DNA of 61,388 bases, counting the filler. It is 8 parts of 8 records of this genome, joined end to end, with 100 filler letters (N's around TTAATTAATTAA, not from the genome) between each part and the next. Parts side by side here need not be neighbours in the genome. Positions count along the whole stretch, not along the records: positions 26,781 to 40,667 come from SRR31156797_58962; positions 40,768 to 47,922 come from SRR31156797_58996; 6 more parts are not named here. One strand, given 5' to 3'. Positions 31,045-41,927 of the stretch are shown one piece after another (within the stretch, counting starts at the first letter, position 1; each line of letters opens with the position of its first letter). A model generated the notes under the pieces. The model saw only the letters and a program-made list of their open reading frames with translations. It was not told the DNA's origin and searched no databases. A program made the translations under genes and the position numbers.

Positions 31045-31404
31045 ATGGCTTACGATCCGGAAAACATCTTCGCGAAAATCATCCGCGGCGACATTCCCTG
31101 CGAAAAAATCTTCGAAGACGGTTTCGCCATCGCCTTCCCGGACATCAGCCCGCAGGCACCGACCCATGTACTGGTCATCCCGAAGGGACCGTATGAATCG
31201 CTGGACGATTTTTCGAAACAGGCAACGGTGCAGGAACTGGCCGGGTTCTGGCGCGCCGTCGGCGAGGTCGCCCGGCAGCTGGGTGTTTCCGAGGCCGGTT
31301 ATCGCATCCTCGCCAACACCGGGCCCGACGCCCACCAGGAAGTGCCGCATTTCCACGTCCACGTATTCGCCGGCAAAAAATTGGGGCCGATGCTGGCGAA
31401 ATAA
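31045..31404 (+). CDS. Histidine triad (HIT/HinT) nucleotide-binding protein
   Basis: NIFAKII, DISPQAPTH and QEVPHFHVH. Confidence 0.95.
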   Translation: MAYDPENIFAKIIRGDIPCEKIFEDGFAIAFPDISPQAPTHVLVIPKGPYESLDDFSKQATVQELAGFWRAVGEVARQLGVSEAGYRILANTGPDAHQEVPHFHVHVFAGKKLGPMLAK

Positions 31405-31437
31405 CAAGTCGTTTGATCTGAATCGGAAACAATAAAA

Positions 31438-32061
31438 ATGGAATATTTGCCGCACATCCTGGCCGTTCTCGGCATCTGGGCCGTCGTCGTTGTGACGCCG
31501 GGCCCGAATTTTCTGGTCATCACGCATCACGCCCTGGCGCGCTCGCGCAAAGCCGGCATCGCTTGCGCCGCCGGTGTTGCCGCCGGCACCTTCGTGTGGG
31601 CGGCCTCGGCCCTGTTCGGCCTGGCCCTGATCGTCGGTCATGCCAACTGGGCCTACAATGCGATACGGATCTGCGGAGCGATCTATCTGATCTATGTCGG
31701 ATTGCGGGCGCTGTTCGGCGGCGCTTCCCTGGGGCCGGCGCCGAGCGCCGTGGCGGCAACGGGTACAGGCCTGTTCAAATCTTTCCGGGCCGGCTTGTTC
31801 GTCGATTTGAGCAACCCGAAGGCGGCGACCTTTTTCACCAGCCTTTTCGTCGTCATGCTGCCGGCCGGCATGCCACTGTGGATGGGCATGACGACGGTCC
31901 TCGTTGTCGTCGCCATCGCCGGTGCCTGGTACGCCGCGACCGCGATCATCGTCTCGATGCCGCCGGTCGCCCGGGCCTACAAGCGCATCCATCGCTGGAT
32001 CGACCGTCTGGCCGGCGCGCTGTTCGTCTTTTTCGGTGGAAAGCTGCTGCTGGGCCGTTAG
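31438..32061 (+). CDS. LysE/RhtB family translocator
   Basis: TPGPN, GAIYLIYVG, LSNPKA and WIDRLAG. Confidence 0.93.
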   Translation: MEYLPHILAVLGIWAVVVVTPGPNFLVITHHALARSRKAGIACAAGVAAGTFVWAASALFGLALIVGHANWAYNAIRICGAIYLIYVGLRALFGGASLGPAPSAVAATGTGLFKSFRAGLFVDLSNPKAATFFTSLFVVMLPAGMPLWMGMTTVLVVVAIAGAWYAATAIIVSMPPVARAYKRIHRWIDRLAGALFVFFGGKLLLGR

Positions 32062-32070
32062 GCGTGCCGC

Positions 32071-32262
32071 CTATTCGTTGGCGCGCCGGATATCGTCGAG
32101 GATGAATTGGATTTCCTCGCGCGTCAGGACGGCGGCGACGGTACCGCCGGCCGCCTGCTCGGCCTCCGTCATCGGCGTGTCGAGACCCCGGTGACGCGGC
32201 CCGTGGTCGGCACGAACCAATTCTTGGCGCTTGCCCTGCCAGGAACGTACAACCGAAAACAT
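32071..32262 (-). CDS. Small hypothetical protein
   Basis: 63-aa ORF with a strong GGAGGGAGGG-type RBS and GC-rich codon usage. Confidence 0.55.
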   Translation of the reverse strand: MFSVVRSWQGKRQELVRADHGPRHRGLDTPMTEAEQAAGGTVAAVLTREEIQFILDDIRRANE

Positions 32263-32473
32263 GGGTGATCCCTCCCCTCCGAATCACGGCGAATACGAAC
32301 AACCGAACGCTGCCAATCTCAATTCCCGACCGGACAACCCCGGCCCCTGACGGGAAAAGGTGGGGGAGAATTTGCTTTTTCTCCCCCGATAGAACCGCTC
32401 CGCAACCGCGGTTGGCCGACGGCTGCATTGGAACTTGCGGGTTTGGGCCTGTAAGGAACTGGTACGACTTTTC

Positions 32474-32926
32474 TCACTCGTGGCTGTTGGAAATAAAAGA
32501 ATCGTTTCGTTGCGCGACGATCGTATCGTCCGCCTTCAGAAGATCCTCGGCCAATTGCCGGGACGAACACTTGGAATCCACATACAAATCCAGCCAAAGG
32601 GATTCGTAGACGATTCGCGGGCCGTCGTCCGGAACGACGGATTCGAGCCGAGACGCCCAATCGTCCGATTGCGATTTTGCAACCTGTGCGACGGCGTAGT
32701 TCCAAACGATCTTCTTGCGAAGGAAATCGCATACTTCGTCGGCGGCCACCGGTGCGGCCGTGAAAAACAACATGACCGCAAGTCCCAGACCCCGGCACAG
32801 GCCACGGTTCAACCGCGCCGGTGCCGGATTCGATTTCCGGGTTTCGATCGACTTGGTGCTGGTCATCACGGTAACTCGCCATAATCGATAGTGAACTATG
32901 GGTTGCCTAACCGACGTCGATTTCAA
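32474..32926 (-). CDS. Hypothetical exported protein
   Basis: Signal-like segment LGLAVMLFFTAAPVAA/DE followed by a helical domain with two Cys. Start uncertain. Confidence 0.45.
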   Translation of the reverse strand: MKSTSVRQPIVHYRLWRVTVMTSTKSIETRKSNPAPARLNRGLCRGLGLAVMLFFTAAPVAADEVCDFLRKKIVWNYAVAQVAKSQSDDWASRLESVVPDDGPRIVYESLWLDLYVDSKCSSRQLAEDLLKADDTIVAQRNDSFISNSHE

Positions 32927-33201
32927 CAGGTCCCCGGCAGACTCATGCCTGCCCGCAACCTGTCTTTCGACCGAACTTCAACTGCTTGACTGGCCTTAAT
33001 TTCACCATCTGTGACGGTTACCGTAAAGAAACATCGCCCCCACATTGGTTTGGACGCAATCACTTAGACATATCCATTTCGGATATTGTTCCAATTTTAC
33101 ACAAGCCATAATTTGATTATATCTGCCGGTGTGGAGGGGGGGAAAAACAAGAAAAGCAATAAAACCGAATCGGAAAGGTTGGCAATTAGGATGCGCTCGA
33201 G

Positions 33202-34158
33202 ATGGAAATCGCTTCGAATATGGACCGATCGGACGAAGTCCTCATCGTTGATGACGAGGAGACGGTTCTTCACGAAATCGCGGATACGCTGGGTACCGAG
33301 GGCTTTGCCTGCCATCTGGCAAGAACGCTGGATGAAGCGAAGAGGCGGTATATCGACGAACCCAACATCGGAATCGTTATCTGCGATATCGGTCTGTCCG
33401 GAACCAGCGGTTTGGAACTGCCGCTCATCCTGCGCAACTGCGGCGACGGGCGGGTTCCGTCGATCATATTCTGCACCGCCCACGACGAAGTCAATGTCGC
33501 CATCGAGGCCCTTCGGGTCGGTGCAACGGATTTCCTGACAAAGCCCGTTACCCGCAATGATTTGATTTCATCCGTAAAAAGAGCAGCCCGACTGCGCAAG
33601 GGGCTGCAGCAGAATGTCGACGAGGCTTTCAACGCCATCTCGCGGTATGTCCAGGTTCTCATGGCGGGCGACGTTCACGAACCACGACAGAAGAAGCGAT
33701 TGAACAGCGAACGGTCGCATTCCGGGGATCCGACCGATGACCTGCGTTCGGCGCCCGACGTGCCGGGCAGCCTAAAGAAAATACTGGAAATCCGTCAGAA
33801 CATATTGAGGAAGGCCGGGTTGGTGGCGCCCTGGAATGTCGAAATCGATATCCTCCTGGAGCTTCTTGCGGCCCGCTATGGCGGACGGGAGGTCGCGGCG
33901 ACGAAAATCGGCCTGACCGTCAATCTCCCGCAAACGACCATTCTCAGGCGGATCGAACGGCTGGAAGAAGGCGGATTGGTCGAACGCAATCGCGACGAGG
34001 ACGACAAAAGGCGGGTCATCCTTCGGATTACCGAATCCGGCGAAGAGAAAATCCTTCAATTTGCCGCCGAATTCGAGGGACTGATTCTGGGAAACTCCAA
34101 TTCAACCCGGGCCGGCCGGCAATATACCGGAGAGGCCAACGGGCGGGGCAATGTATAG
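33202..34158 (+). CDS. Response regulator with C-terminal MarR-like winged-helix domain
   Basis: Receiver VLIVDDE..ICDIGL..CTAH..KP; C-terminal PQTTILRRIERLEEGGLVER..DDKRRVILRIT. Confidence 0.85.
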   Translation: MEIASNMDRSDEVLIVDDEETVLHEIADTLGTEGFACHLARTLDEAKRRYIDEPNIGIVICDIGLSGTSGLELPLILRNCGDGRVPSIIFCTAHDEVNVAIEALRVGATDFLTKPVTRNDLISSVKRAARLRKGLQQNVDEAFNAISRYVQVLMAGDVHEPRQKKRLNSERSHSGDPTDDLRSAPDVPGSLKKILEIRQNILRKAGLVAPWNVEIDILLELLAARYGGREVAATKIGLTVNLPQTTILRRIERLEEGGLVERNRDEDDKRRVILRITESGEEKILQFAAEFEGLILGNSNSTRAGRQYTGEANGRGNV

Positions 34159-35647
34159 ATTTGATTTCGATACGGAGAGCCCGCGTTCGCGGTTCGGCTT
34201 CTGGGCGAACGACCCATCGTCCGAAAGGCTCAATTGGAATCCGAAGATGCGGGAGATTCTAGGGCTTCCCGAAGCATCGCCAAGCCCGACATTCGAACAG
34301 TTTCTCGAATACGTACATCCCGAAGACCGAAAACTTGTCGTCCAGGCCCAGAACGAGGACATGGGCGAGTATTCATTCCGGGTCAGGCGTTCGGACGGCA
34401 CGATACATATGCTGCACAGTCTTTCAATTGGCGGGACCGGATTGAAAGACAATAAAGATATCGCCAGCGTGGTTTATGACGTCACGCTTGAAAAGCGTTA
34501 TCTCGGAGAAATACAGTTCGCTTTGGAACGGTACCGGGCACTCGTCGAAGACATGCCGGCGTTGGCATGCCGGTTTTTTCCCGATGGTACCCTGACATAC
34601 GTGAATCTGGCCTATGCAAATGCCTTTGGGGCACAACCCGGCACCATCATCGGCAGAAACTGGCTGGAATTCCTTCCGGGCAACGACCGCGGGTTTGTCG
34701 AGACAAAAATTGCCAGGCTGAGCCCACAGGCCCCGACCGAAAAGTATGACCACTGGATCACCATGCCTTCGGGAACGCGCCGGTCGCTTTCATGGACCTA
34801 TCGGGGATTTTTCGACGGCAAGGGAAATCTGGCCGAAATCCAGTCGATCGGTCTGGACCTGACCGAGCAACGGGAAACCGAACGCCAGATATTCCACATG
34901 TCGAAGCTGCGGTCTCTCGGCGAACTGGCCGCGGCAACCGCTCACGAGCTTTTTCAACCGTTGTCGGCGATCCGGCTTATCGCCGAAAACCTGGTGGCGA
35001 CCGTCGTCCGTGAGCGGGACAACAACCTTATCGTCGACAAACTGAACAAGATCATATCCCAGTCCGAGCGGCTTCAATCCGTCGTCGAAAAGATGAAATC
35101 GCTGGGCCGACCCGTTTCGGATGTCGAGCGGTCGTTCCCGGTCAGGGAAAAGATCAAGGAAAACGTCGATTTCCTGCGATATATCTTCGAACTCGACGGT
35201 GTCAGTGTCCGTCTCGAAGACGGTGAAAAAGACGTTCCGATATACGGAAACCCCGATCTTTTCGATCAGGTGATCATCAATCTGTTGATGAACGCGCGTG
35301 AAGCCGTCGTCGTCGAGGCAAGCAACAGTGCCGATCTGCTTCCGGAGGTTCGCTTGGAAGTCGAGACGGATCGGGCGAACGGACAAGTGATTATCCGGGT
35401 TTTGGACAATGGCGGCGGCGTCAACGAGGAACTGCTACCGAAAATCTTCGAGCCGTTCTACACCACAAAGCATCTCCATGGCGGTACCGGCCTCGGACTC
35501 GCCATCTGCTTTTCCATCGTCAACCAAATGAAGGGACACATCAGCGCCTTCAACCGGAATGGCGGAATGACGGTGGAAATCAAGCTGCCGCTTGCACAAA
35601 ACGAACCGACGCGGGCGGATGCCGCCGGAAAGTCCAGACGCAAATAA
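34151..35647 (+). CDS. Cytoplasmic PAS-PAS sensor histidine kinase
   Basis: VHPEDR PAS, H-box AHELFQPL, QVIINLLMNA, DNGGG, IFEPFYTTK and GTGLGL. Confidence 0.92.
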   Translation: MYRFDFDTESPRSRFGFWANDPSSERLNWNPKMREILGLPEASPSPTFEQFLEYVHPEDRKLVVQAQNEDMGEYSFRVRRSDGTIHMLHSLSIGGTGLKDNKDIASVVYDVTLEKRYLGEIQFALERYRALVEDMPALACRFFPDGTLTYVNLAYANAFGAQPGTIIGRNWLEFLPGNDRGFVETKIARLSPQAPTEKYDHWITMPSGTRRSLSWTYRGFFDGKGNLAEIQSIGLDLTEQRETERQIFHMSKLRSLGELAAATAHELFQPLSAIRLIAENLVATVVRERDNNLIVDKLNKIISQSERLQSVVEKMKSLGRPVSDVERSFPVREKIKENVDFLRYIFELDGVSVRLEDGEKDVPIYGNPDLFDQVIINLLMNAREAVVVEASNSADLLPEVRLEVETDRANGQVIIRVLDNGGGVNEELLPKIFEPFYTTKHLHGGTGLGLAICFSIVNQMKGHISAFNRNGGMTVEIKLPLAQNEPTRADAAGKSRRK

Positions 35648-35857
35648 TCGACGGAGTCGGCCCGGCCTTTTGCGCAGCCATCGGTTGTTGCTGCGCGCCC
35701 GAATCACTGTGCCTCAGCGGGCGCACCCCCACTTTGGTGCTATTCGCTAAAACGCCAACAAAGGTATCACCATAATGATGTATTTACGTTTTATTATTAC
35801 TTCATTTTGGACCGGAAAACAGATGAAAAACAAAGGATAAGGGGTAAAATTAAATGC

Positions 35858-36064
35858 ATGATAAAAGACGCCGACAAGATAGATGGACACTTGGTCGCGG
35901 AAATCACCCGGACGATGCTGGGTCGATTTGGCGCCGCCACGCTGGCCACAACCGAGACGCTAGAACGGCGCTGCCTCGAGGCCGGGGATGTCCGGCGTGC
36001 GACAATCATGCGGCAGGTCAGAAATAGGGTTTCGCGCGGCAGGATTGTTGATCTGGAAGTTTAG
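35858..36064 (+). CDS. Small hypothetical protein
   Basis: 68-aa helical ORF (..RFGAAT..EAGDVRRATIMRQV) following an AT-rich promoter-like stretch. Confidence 0.45.
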   Translation: MIKDADKIDGHLVAEITRTMLGRFGAATLATTETLERRCLEAGDVRRATIMRQVRNRVSRGRIVDLEV

Positions 36065-36201
36065 GGCAAGGCGCGAAAGCGCCCGCTCCTCCGGGTTTTC
36101 GCGTGGCGCAACGCCGTCGGCAACCGCCGCCCACGACAAGAAAACGAATCGATCCGATACCATCTTGCGCCAGACGGTCGGCTGCGGACCGGCCGCAGCG
36201 A

Positions 36202-36738
36202 TCATCCGAAATGAACGGCAGGCGAAAACATCGATACGATCTGCATGATCTTGTCGCTGATTTCCGATACCTCCCTGACACCTTGCGTGGTCAGATCGAC
36301 ATAAACGCGCCGACGGTCGTCCGGGTCCGGAACCCGCTTGATGATGCCGATGTTTTCGAGTTCGCCGAGCGCCCGCAATACAGTGGTCGGCGGAACGTCC
36401 GTTTCCAAACCGACCCCGGTCACCGATATCTTTTTCCTTTCGGCCCGGCTTTTCGCGAGTTCCAACAACACGTTCAAATAGGGATAGGACAGGAAAAAGC
36501 ATTCCTTCCGGATGGCCAGTATTCGTTGATGATAGTCGACGAATGTCATCAGACGGGGACCGGTTGCATCGGATTCTTTGGAAACCGGCCGCAAATGCGA
36601 ATGCCTGTCGATCAAGCCGAGGGACGCTCTTTCTTTGGCGCTCAGGGCTCCGCGGATCAACATGCGGCTCGGCGTACCGTTGCCGGTCGCACTAAGGACT
36701 GGATGACAGCGCAAACAGGGACGATCGGACCATCTCAA
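36202..36738 (-). CDS. MarR-like winged-helix DNA-binding protein
   Basis: NVLLELA..ISVT..VPPTTVLRALGELE..DPDDRRRVYVDLT. The true start is probably 36663 or 36549. Confidence 0.8.
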   Translation of the reverse strand: MRWSDRPCLRCHPVLSATGNGTPSRMLIRGALSAKERASLGLIDRHSHLRPVSKESDATGPRLMTFVDYHQRILAIRKECFFLSYPYLNVLLELAKSRAERKKISVTGVGLETDVPPTTVLRALGELENIGIIKRVPDPDDRRRVYVDLTTQGVREVSEISDKIMQIVSMFSPAVHFG

Positions 36739-36917
36739 GGTTTTCCCCTCCGAGGGTTATTGTTGCCACCGATATTCTTCCCTCGGTTATGCGCGTTGCG
36801 CCGGATTTTCCTCGGCGCCATGTTTCTTGCGATTAATATACGGGATCAATTGCGCTGCCAAAATCCCCAACTGGGGACACCCCGGCAATTGCATGACGAC
36901 GAAAAAGAAGGAGGCTG

Positions 36918-37964
36918 TTATCCGGCCAGGGTGGATGTCAGTACCATGCGGACCAAATCGGCCTGCCGCCGGGCGCCGGTTTTCTGAAAGATGCGTTTCA
37001 GGTAGGTTCGGCCGGTCTCGTTGGTCAGGCCGAGCATCCGGGACGCCGCCTCGAGCGGCTTGCCGTTGGCCAATTGTTTGGCCAACCGCGCTTCGGAAAA
37101 AGTTATGCCGAGAATATCGGCGATATCGCCTTCGCTCGGTCCCTGCCTCAGGTCCGGGTCGTGAATCAGAAGAACCGCCGATGGTTTGTCCGAATTTGCC
37201 AAGGTTCTTCGATGGGCCATAACGGCCAGAGGCCGGGCCGAATGCTTGCGTGGAAGCGGCAAGGTCAGTTCGGTCGCGCGGTTTTCGTTGCCGGTGCCAT
37301 CGACGGTTCGACGGATCAGTTCCTGGAGTTTCTCCGAATCCTCGGTCTTCGTCGCGCGACACAAACCGGTGCCGGAAATAAGCAGTCCGTCGTTTTTTGC
37401 GATCAGGTCGGCGCCGGTCTGGTTGGTATAGACGATACGGGCCTGTTCATCGACGATGATCGCGCCGATCCTGAGATGATCGAGCAGCGATGCTTCGGCA
37501 TGATCCGAATCGGCCACGGCCGGAGAACCTTTTGACGCCTTTTTGATTTTTTCGGCGAATTTCCGCGAATGCAGCGCCGAGGTTTCCTTGTGATGGAGGG
37601 CGGCCTCGATCCCTTTGGTCAACTCGGTCATGGCACATGGTTTCGGATAGAACCGGAAGACGATGTTTTCGTTGATCGCCTTGACCGTAACCGAAAGATC
37701 GGCCACGCCGGTCAGCATGATAACCACCGTTTCGGGCGAAATCCTGCGAATCCGATGAATCGCGTCGAAGCCGTTCATCGTCGGCATCTTCAGGTCGGTT
37801 ATAGCGACATCGAACGGGTTCCGGCGGTGTTCGTCGAGGGCTTCGATGGGCGACGAAAAGAAAGCCATATCCCAGGCCGCCGAACGCGACCTCAATTCCC
37901 GGCGAAGGGAGTGAAGGACGTTCGGTTCGTCGTCGACGAACAGAATTCGCGGTTTCTGCGGCAT
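36918..37964 (-). CDS. Response regulator REC-PAS-LuxR-like HTH
   Basis: ILFVDDE..ITDLKMP..LTG..KP receiver; a PAS-like segment; C-terminal ITFSEARLA..TGRTYLKRIFQKTGARRQADLV. Confidence 0.88.
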   Translation of the reverse strand: MPQKPRILFVDDEPNVLHSLRRELRSRSAAWDMAFFSSPIEALDEHRRNPFDVAITDLKMPTMNGFDAIHRIRRISPETVVIMLTGVADLSVTVKAINENIVFRFYPKPCAMTELTKGIEAALHHKETSALHSRKFAEKIKKASKGSPAVADSDHAEASLLDHLRIGAIIVDEQARIVYTNQTGADLIAKNDGLLISGTGLCRATKTEDSEKLQELIRRTVDGTGNENRATELTLPLPRKHSARPLAVMAHRRTLANSDKPSAVLLIHDPDLRQGPSEGDIADILGITFSEARLAKQLANGKPLEAASRMLGLTNETGRTYLKRIFQKTGARRQADLVRMVLTSTLAG

Positions 37965-38173
37965 CACAGATATCCTGCAATAACAGGTACAAATAAACCG
38001 GCGGGCAAGAGCCCAAGACAAGTCCCCAAAAGGGGATACCCCAATCACAGATGGCGAACTATTTTGCGGCACGAACTAACGCGATTCCGTTTGATTGTCA
38101 GTGACGGGCGTCACGTTCAATCGCGTGTCTTTATCAAATACTAGATATTTAATCCGCCCATGCCGCTAGATCT

Positions 38174-39457
38174 ATGAAAGGTCGAAAAGGTGAAGCCGTG
38201 GGTGATGGGTACAGGCAAATGGCCCCCGTCGAAACCATTCTGAAAGTGCTGCCGACCCCTGCACTTGTTCACACGGAAGATAGGGTTTCGCTCATCAACG
38301 ACGCCTTTGCGCATGCGTTCGCAATCGATGCCCGCACTTATGTCGGACAATCGTGCGACCATCTGTTGCGGAAGATCAAGTTGGCACCACCGGCAATCAA
38401 ATCGATTGTCAAAGGCGATCGTTTTTCCAATCTCGCCTGCCCCTGCTCGCCGAAAAATGTCCTCGGACCGTCGCTGCTTGTTTCGCAGATCGACCTTGGC
38501 CCCGCTGCCAAGGGCGATAGCGCGTCCTTTCTTGTCCTGATGACGGACACCAGCCGGCAACGGCTGATCGAGGAGGAAAAGGAAGCGCTGCATCGCGAAC
38601 TTCTCGAAGCGCAGAAACTGGAGGCAATCGGGAAACTGGCCAGCGGCATTGCCCATGAGATCAATACGCCGTCCCAGTACATCGGCGACAATCTGAGTTT
38701 TCTTTCGGATGCATATGAAGATCTTCTCGACGTCTCGAAGGCTTTTTCGTCTTTGACCGACAACCTGCGCGGCCGAAAGGAATTTTCCAAACAAGTGGCG
38801 GCAATCGATCGCCTTCGGGCGCAAAAGGATATGAACTTCCTGCAAGAAGAGATCCCGAAAGCCATTGCCCAGGCCCGGGACGGCATCCGGCAGATTTCCG
38901 GAATCGTGCTCGCAACCAAGGATTTCTCTTATCCGACCGCCAAGGAAAAAAGCCCGGTCGACCTGAACCGTGCCCTGGAAAACACCATCACGATCTCGCG
39001 CAACGAATGGAAATACGTATGCCGAACGGTGACATCGTTGGACTCCGACCTGCCGCCGGTTCCCTGTCTGGCGGGCGAGTTGAACCAGGTTTTCCTGAAC
39101 CTGGTCGTGAATTCCGCCCATGCGATTGCCGCCGCCGGCCGCAATGCCGAAACCGGAATGATCAAGGTGGAAACGTCGGTCGAGGATAGTTTCGCGGTTG
39201 TCCGTATTTCCGACAACGGCACGGGAATCGAGGCTTCCATTCGGGACAAGGTGTTCGATCCGTTTTTCACGACCAAGGAAGTGGGAAAGGGAACGGGACA
39301 GGGATTGGCCATCGCGCGCGACATCGTCGTCACCAAACACGGCGGCACGATCGGTTTCGAAACCGTGCCGGGAAAGGGGACGACCTTTACCGTCAAACTG
39401 CCGCTCGACGTCCCGATTGACGGGATGGAAGGGTCGACCGGTGACGACGCCCGCTGA
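38174..39457 (+). CDS. NtrB-like PAS sensor histidine kinase
   Basis: QKLEAIGKLASGIAHEINTPSQY, QVFLNL, DNGTG and FDPFFTTKEVGKGTGQGL. Confidence 0.93.
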   Translation: MKGRKGEAVGDGYRQMAPVETILKVLPTPALVHTEDRVSLINDAFAHAFAIDARTYVGQSCDHLLRKIKLAPPAIKSIVKGDRFSNLACPCSPKNVLGPSLLVSQIDLGPAAKGDSASFLVLMTDTSRQRLIEEEKEALHRELLEAQKLEAIGKLASGIAHEINTPSQYIGDNLSFLSDAYEDLLDVSKAFSSLTDNLRGRKEFSKQVAAIDRLRAQKDMNFLQEEIPKAIAQARDGIRQISGIVLATKDFSYPTAKEKSPVDLNRALENTITISRNEWKYVCRTVTSLDSDLPPVPCLAGELNQVFLNLVVNSAHAIAAAGRNAETGMIKVETSVEDSFAVVRISDNGTGIEASIRDKVFDPFFTTKEVGKGTGQGLAIARDIVVTKHGGTIGFETVPGKGTTFTVKLPLDVPIDGMEGSTGDDAR

Positions 39458-39515
39458 TCGCCGCAACCGGTTGCCGGCGCGAATGCGTTACCGGTCGATT
39501 CCCTGAGATGGGAAA

Positions 39516-40667
39516 GTGAAAATGAAATTCCGCGTTCTTTTCGTCGATGACGAACCGAAGATCCTGCAAGGGCTGCATCGGATGCTGCGGGGCATGCGAA
39601 AAGAATGGGACATGGTCTTCGCCGGAAGCGGCCAGGCGGCGTTACGGGTTCTTGAAGACGGGGGGTTTCACGCCGTCATCTCCGATATGCGGATGCCGGG
39701 CATGGACGGCGGCACGCTGCTGTCCGAGGTCGGCAAGCGCAATCCCGGTGCGGTGCGGATCATCCTTTCCGGATATACGGATGAAGAACGGGTGATGAGA
39801 ACGGTGGTTCCGGCTCACCAGTTCCTGGCCAAGCCGGTCGCCGCCGACCAGCTGATCGGTGCGATCAAGCGGGCCTTTTCATTGCGCGCCTTTCTGGGCA
39901 ACAGGAAACTGCGGCGCCTCGTTACCACCATCGAATCGCTGCCGTCGCCGCCCATCCTCTACCAAAAAGTGGTGTCGGAACTGGATTCGGAACTGGCAAC
40001 GGCCGGTTCCGTGGCAAATCTCATTTCCGGCGATTCGGCCATGGTCGCCGAGACATTGAAATTGGTCAACTCGCCGTTCTTCAGCATCGCCGTCCCGGTT
40101 ACCGACATTGCGCGGGCGATCCGCCTGCTGGGTTTCGAGCGCATGCGGACCTTGGTGCTGCAGGTCGGCCTTTTCCGTCATTTCGCCGGCAATTGGTCGT
40201 TGACCGCCAAGCTCGAGGCGATCAACCGGCAATGCCGCAATATCGCCGCCCTGGCCGCCGCCCTGGCCCGCGCCGAGAACCTCGGTGCAAGGCAGATCGA
40301 AGAGGCCCAGTGCGCTGGGTTGCTGAGCCAGATCGGCGCCATCGTGTTGCTTGACGATCAGGCCGAAAAATACGCCGCCGCCACCGAACGATGGCAAAAA
40401 GGCGGCATTGCGTTCGGAGACGCCCAGGCCCGGATATTCGGGGCCAGCCAGTCCGAACTCGGCGCCTATCTGTTGGGTTTGTGGGGGTTCAGCGATCCGA
40501 TTGTCGAGGCCGTCGCTTTCTGTCAGCGGCCGGCCGAAAGCAGCCATCCGGGGCTGCCGTTGCTGCCGATCCTGCATTTCGCCAACGCCGCCATTCGTCC
40601 GGACGGCCGGACGGTGCCGCTGACCAGCCCCGAAAACCCCGATTTCGATGCGAAATTCATATCCCGT
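39516..40667 (+). CDS. Response regulator with HDOD domain (3' truncated)
   Basis: Receiver VLFVDDE..ISDMRMP; HDOD LPSPP..LKLVNSPFF..GAYLLGLWG. Confidence 0.9.
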
Positions 40668-40767
40668 NNNNNNNNNNNNNNNNNNNNNNNNNNNNNNNNN
40701 NNNNNNNNNNNTTAATTAATTAANNNNNNNNNNNNNNNNNNNNNNNNNNNNNNNNNNNNNNNNNNNN
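40668..40767. other. Artificial contig linker
   Basis: N44-TTAATTAATTAA-N44. Confidence 0.99.
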
Positions 40768-40804
40768 CCTCCTAAAAAATCACAATAATCAATAGGTAAC
40801 AAAG

Positions 40805-41308
40805 ATGTCCGATACATTTTCAGAAACAAACTATGTGCAGCTTGAAATATTTCCTTCAAGATTGCTTAAACCCGAAACAGCCCAGAACTTACTTCGTGAG
40901 GTCGCTGATCTTCAAGGAATTGTAAGGCTGTTTGTTCATGGGCCCCGACTTCCACAGACTGTTCCTTACGGACCTGCAACAGGACTACCTGTGCAACACC
41001 CAGGGAATGCTGTAATTGAAGTTGCAGGTCAGACAATTGAACTTGCTGTATCTGTTGGCAGCATCCGTATGGAAGTTGTGAATGCAGATGTAAAAGAGCA
41101 GGTAAGGGAAGTTTGTGAAAATGTTCTTTCAGTTCCATTTGAGTTCAGAGAAGGTCGTTTCATTCCTACAAGGCAGACTGTCACCGATTATGCAAAGCGG
41201 GGACCAGGCGCTGATCCAAGGATGATAGGAATGACCGATCCAAAAGGAAAGCTGAAGAATCATCCTGTATGTATCCTTAAACCTGAAGATGGATTAGAAG
41301 AAGAGTGA
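40805..41308 (+). CDS. mcrD: Methyl-coenzyme M reductase operon protein D
   Basis: QLEIFPSRLL, HGPRLP.TVPYGPATG and TVTDYAK; position in the mcrBDCGA order. Confidence 0.95.
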   Translation: MSDTFSETNYVQLEIFPSRLLKPETAQNLLREVADLQGIVRLFVHGPRLPQTVPYGPATGLPVQHPGNAVIEVAGQTIELAVSVGSIRMEVVNADVKEQVREVCENVLSVPFEFREGRFIPTRQTVTDYAKRGPGADPRMIGMTDPKGKLKNHPVCILKPEDGLEEE

Positions 41309-41309
41309 T

Positions 41310-41915
41310 ATGATGTTTGACCGGGAAACACAGGTTGTTGACTGCAGACACGGAATGGGTCTTGGCCGTGGAGGAGGACTCGCACAGCGCGGTACTCTTT
41401 CCGAAACGGGCAGGCCAGATGTGATTGCAGTTGCAATGAGCCCCGGTAGAAGACATATCACAAAACCTGTCTGTGAACTCACATACGGCATGCGTCGTGA
41501 GGAGATCCAGGTAAGTGTTCTGGTGCTTAACACCGGATCAGGTGTTCCGGATACCAACGTGGGTTCCGGTTCATTTGGAATAAGTTCGGAAGAAATAGCA
41601 CAGATAAACAGGCACAAGGTCGCTGTGATCCATACAGGAAATATCAGGGACCATGTGGTAAGGAAGGTAAAGGCAATTCTTGAAGAAGCCAATATCCCTG
41701 CAGTAGTTGTTTGTCAGACCCTCGTTGATTTCGAGGATTTTGCAATGGCTGGAGTAAGGACAAGGCTTGTAAAACCTAATGATAGTGATATTTTAGCAAA
41801 AGGAAGGGTTATGGAAATTGTGACAGGAGTTACACGAGGCGAATCATGTTCCAGGGAAAAACTGAACGAACTCGTGAAAGCCGTGAAAACCACAATGAGA
41901 TCATTAGAGAATTAG
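41310..41915 (+). CDS. mcrC: Methyl-coenzyme M reductase operon protein C
   Basis: VDCRHGMGLGRGGGLAQRGT and SPGRRHITKPVC. Confidence 0.96.
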   Translation: MMFDRETQVVDCRHGMGLGRGGGLAQRGTLSETGRPDVIAVAMSPGRRHITKPVCELTYGMRREEIQVSVLVLNTGSGVPDTNVGSGSFGISSEEIAQINRHKVAVIHTGNIRDHVVRKVKAILEEANIPAVVVCQTLVDFEDFAMAGVRTRLVKPNDSDILAKGRVMEIVTGVTRGESCSREKLNELVKAVKTTMRSLEN

Positions 41916-41927
41916 GAGTGAATAATT

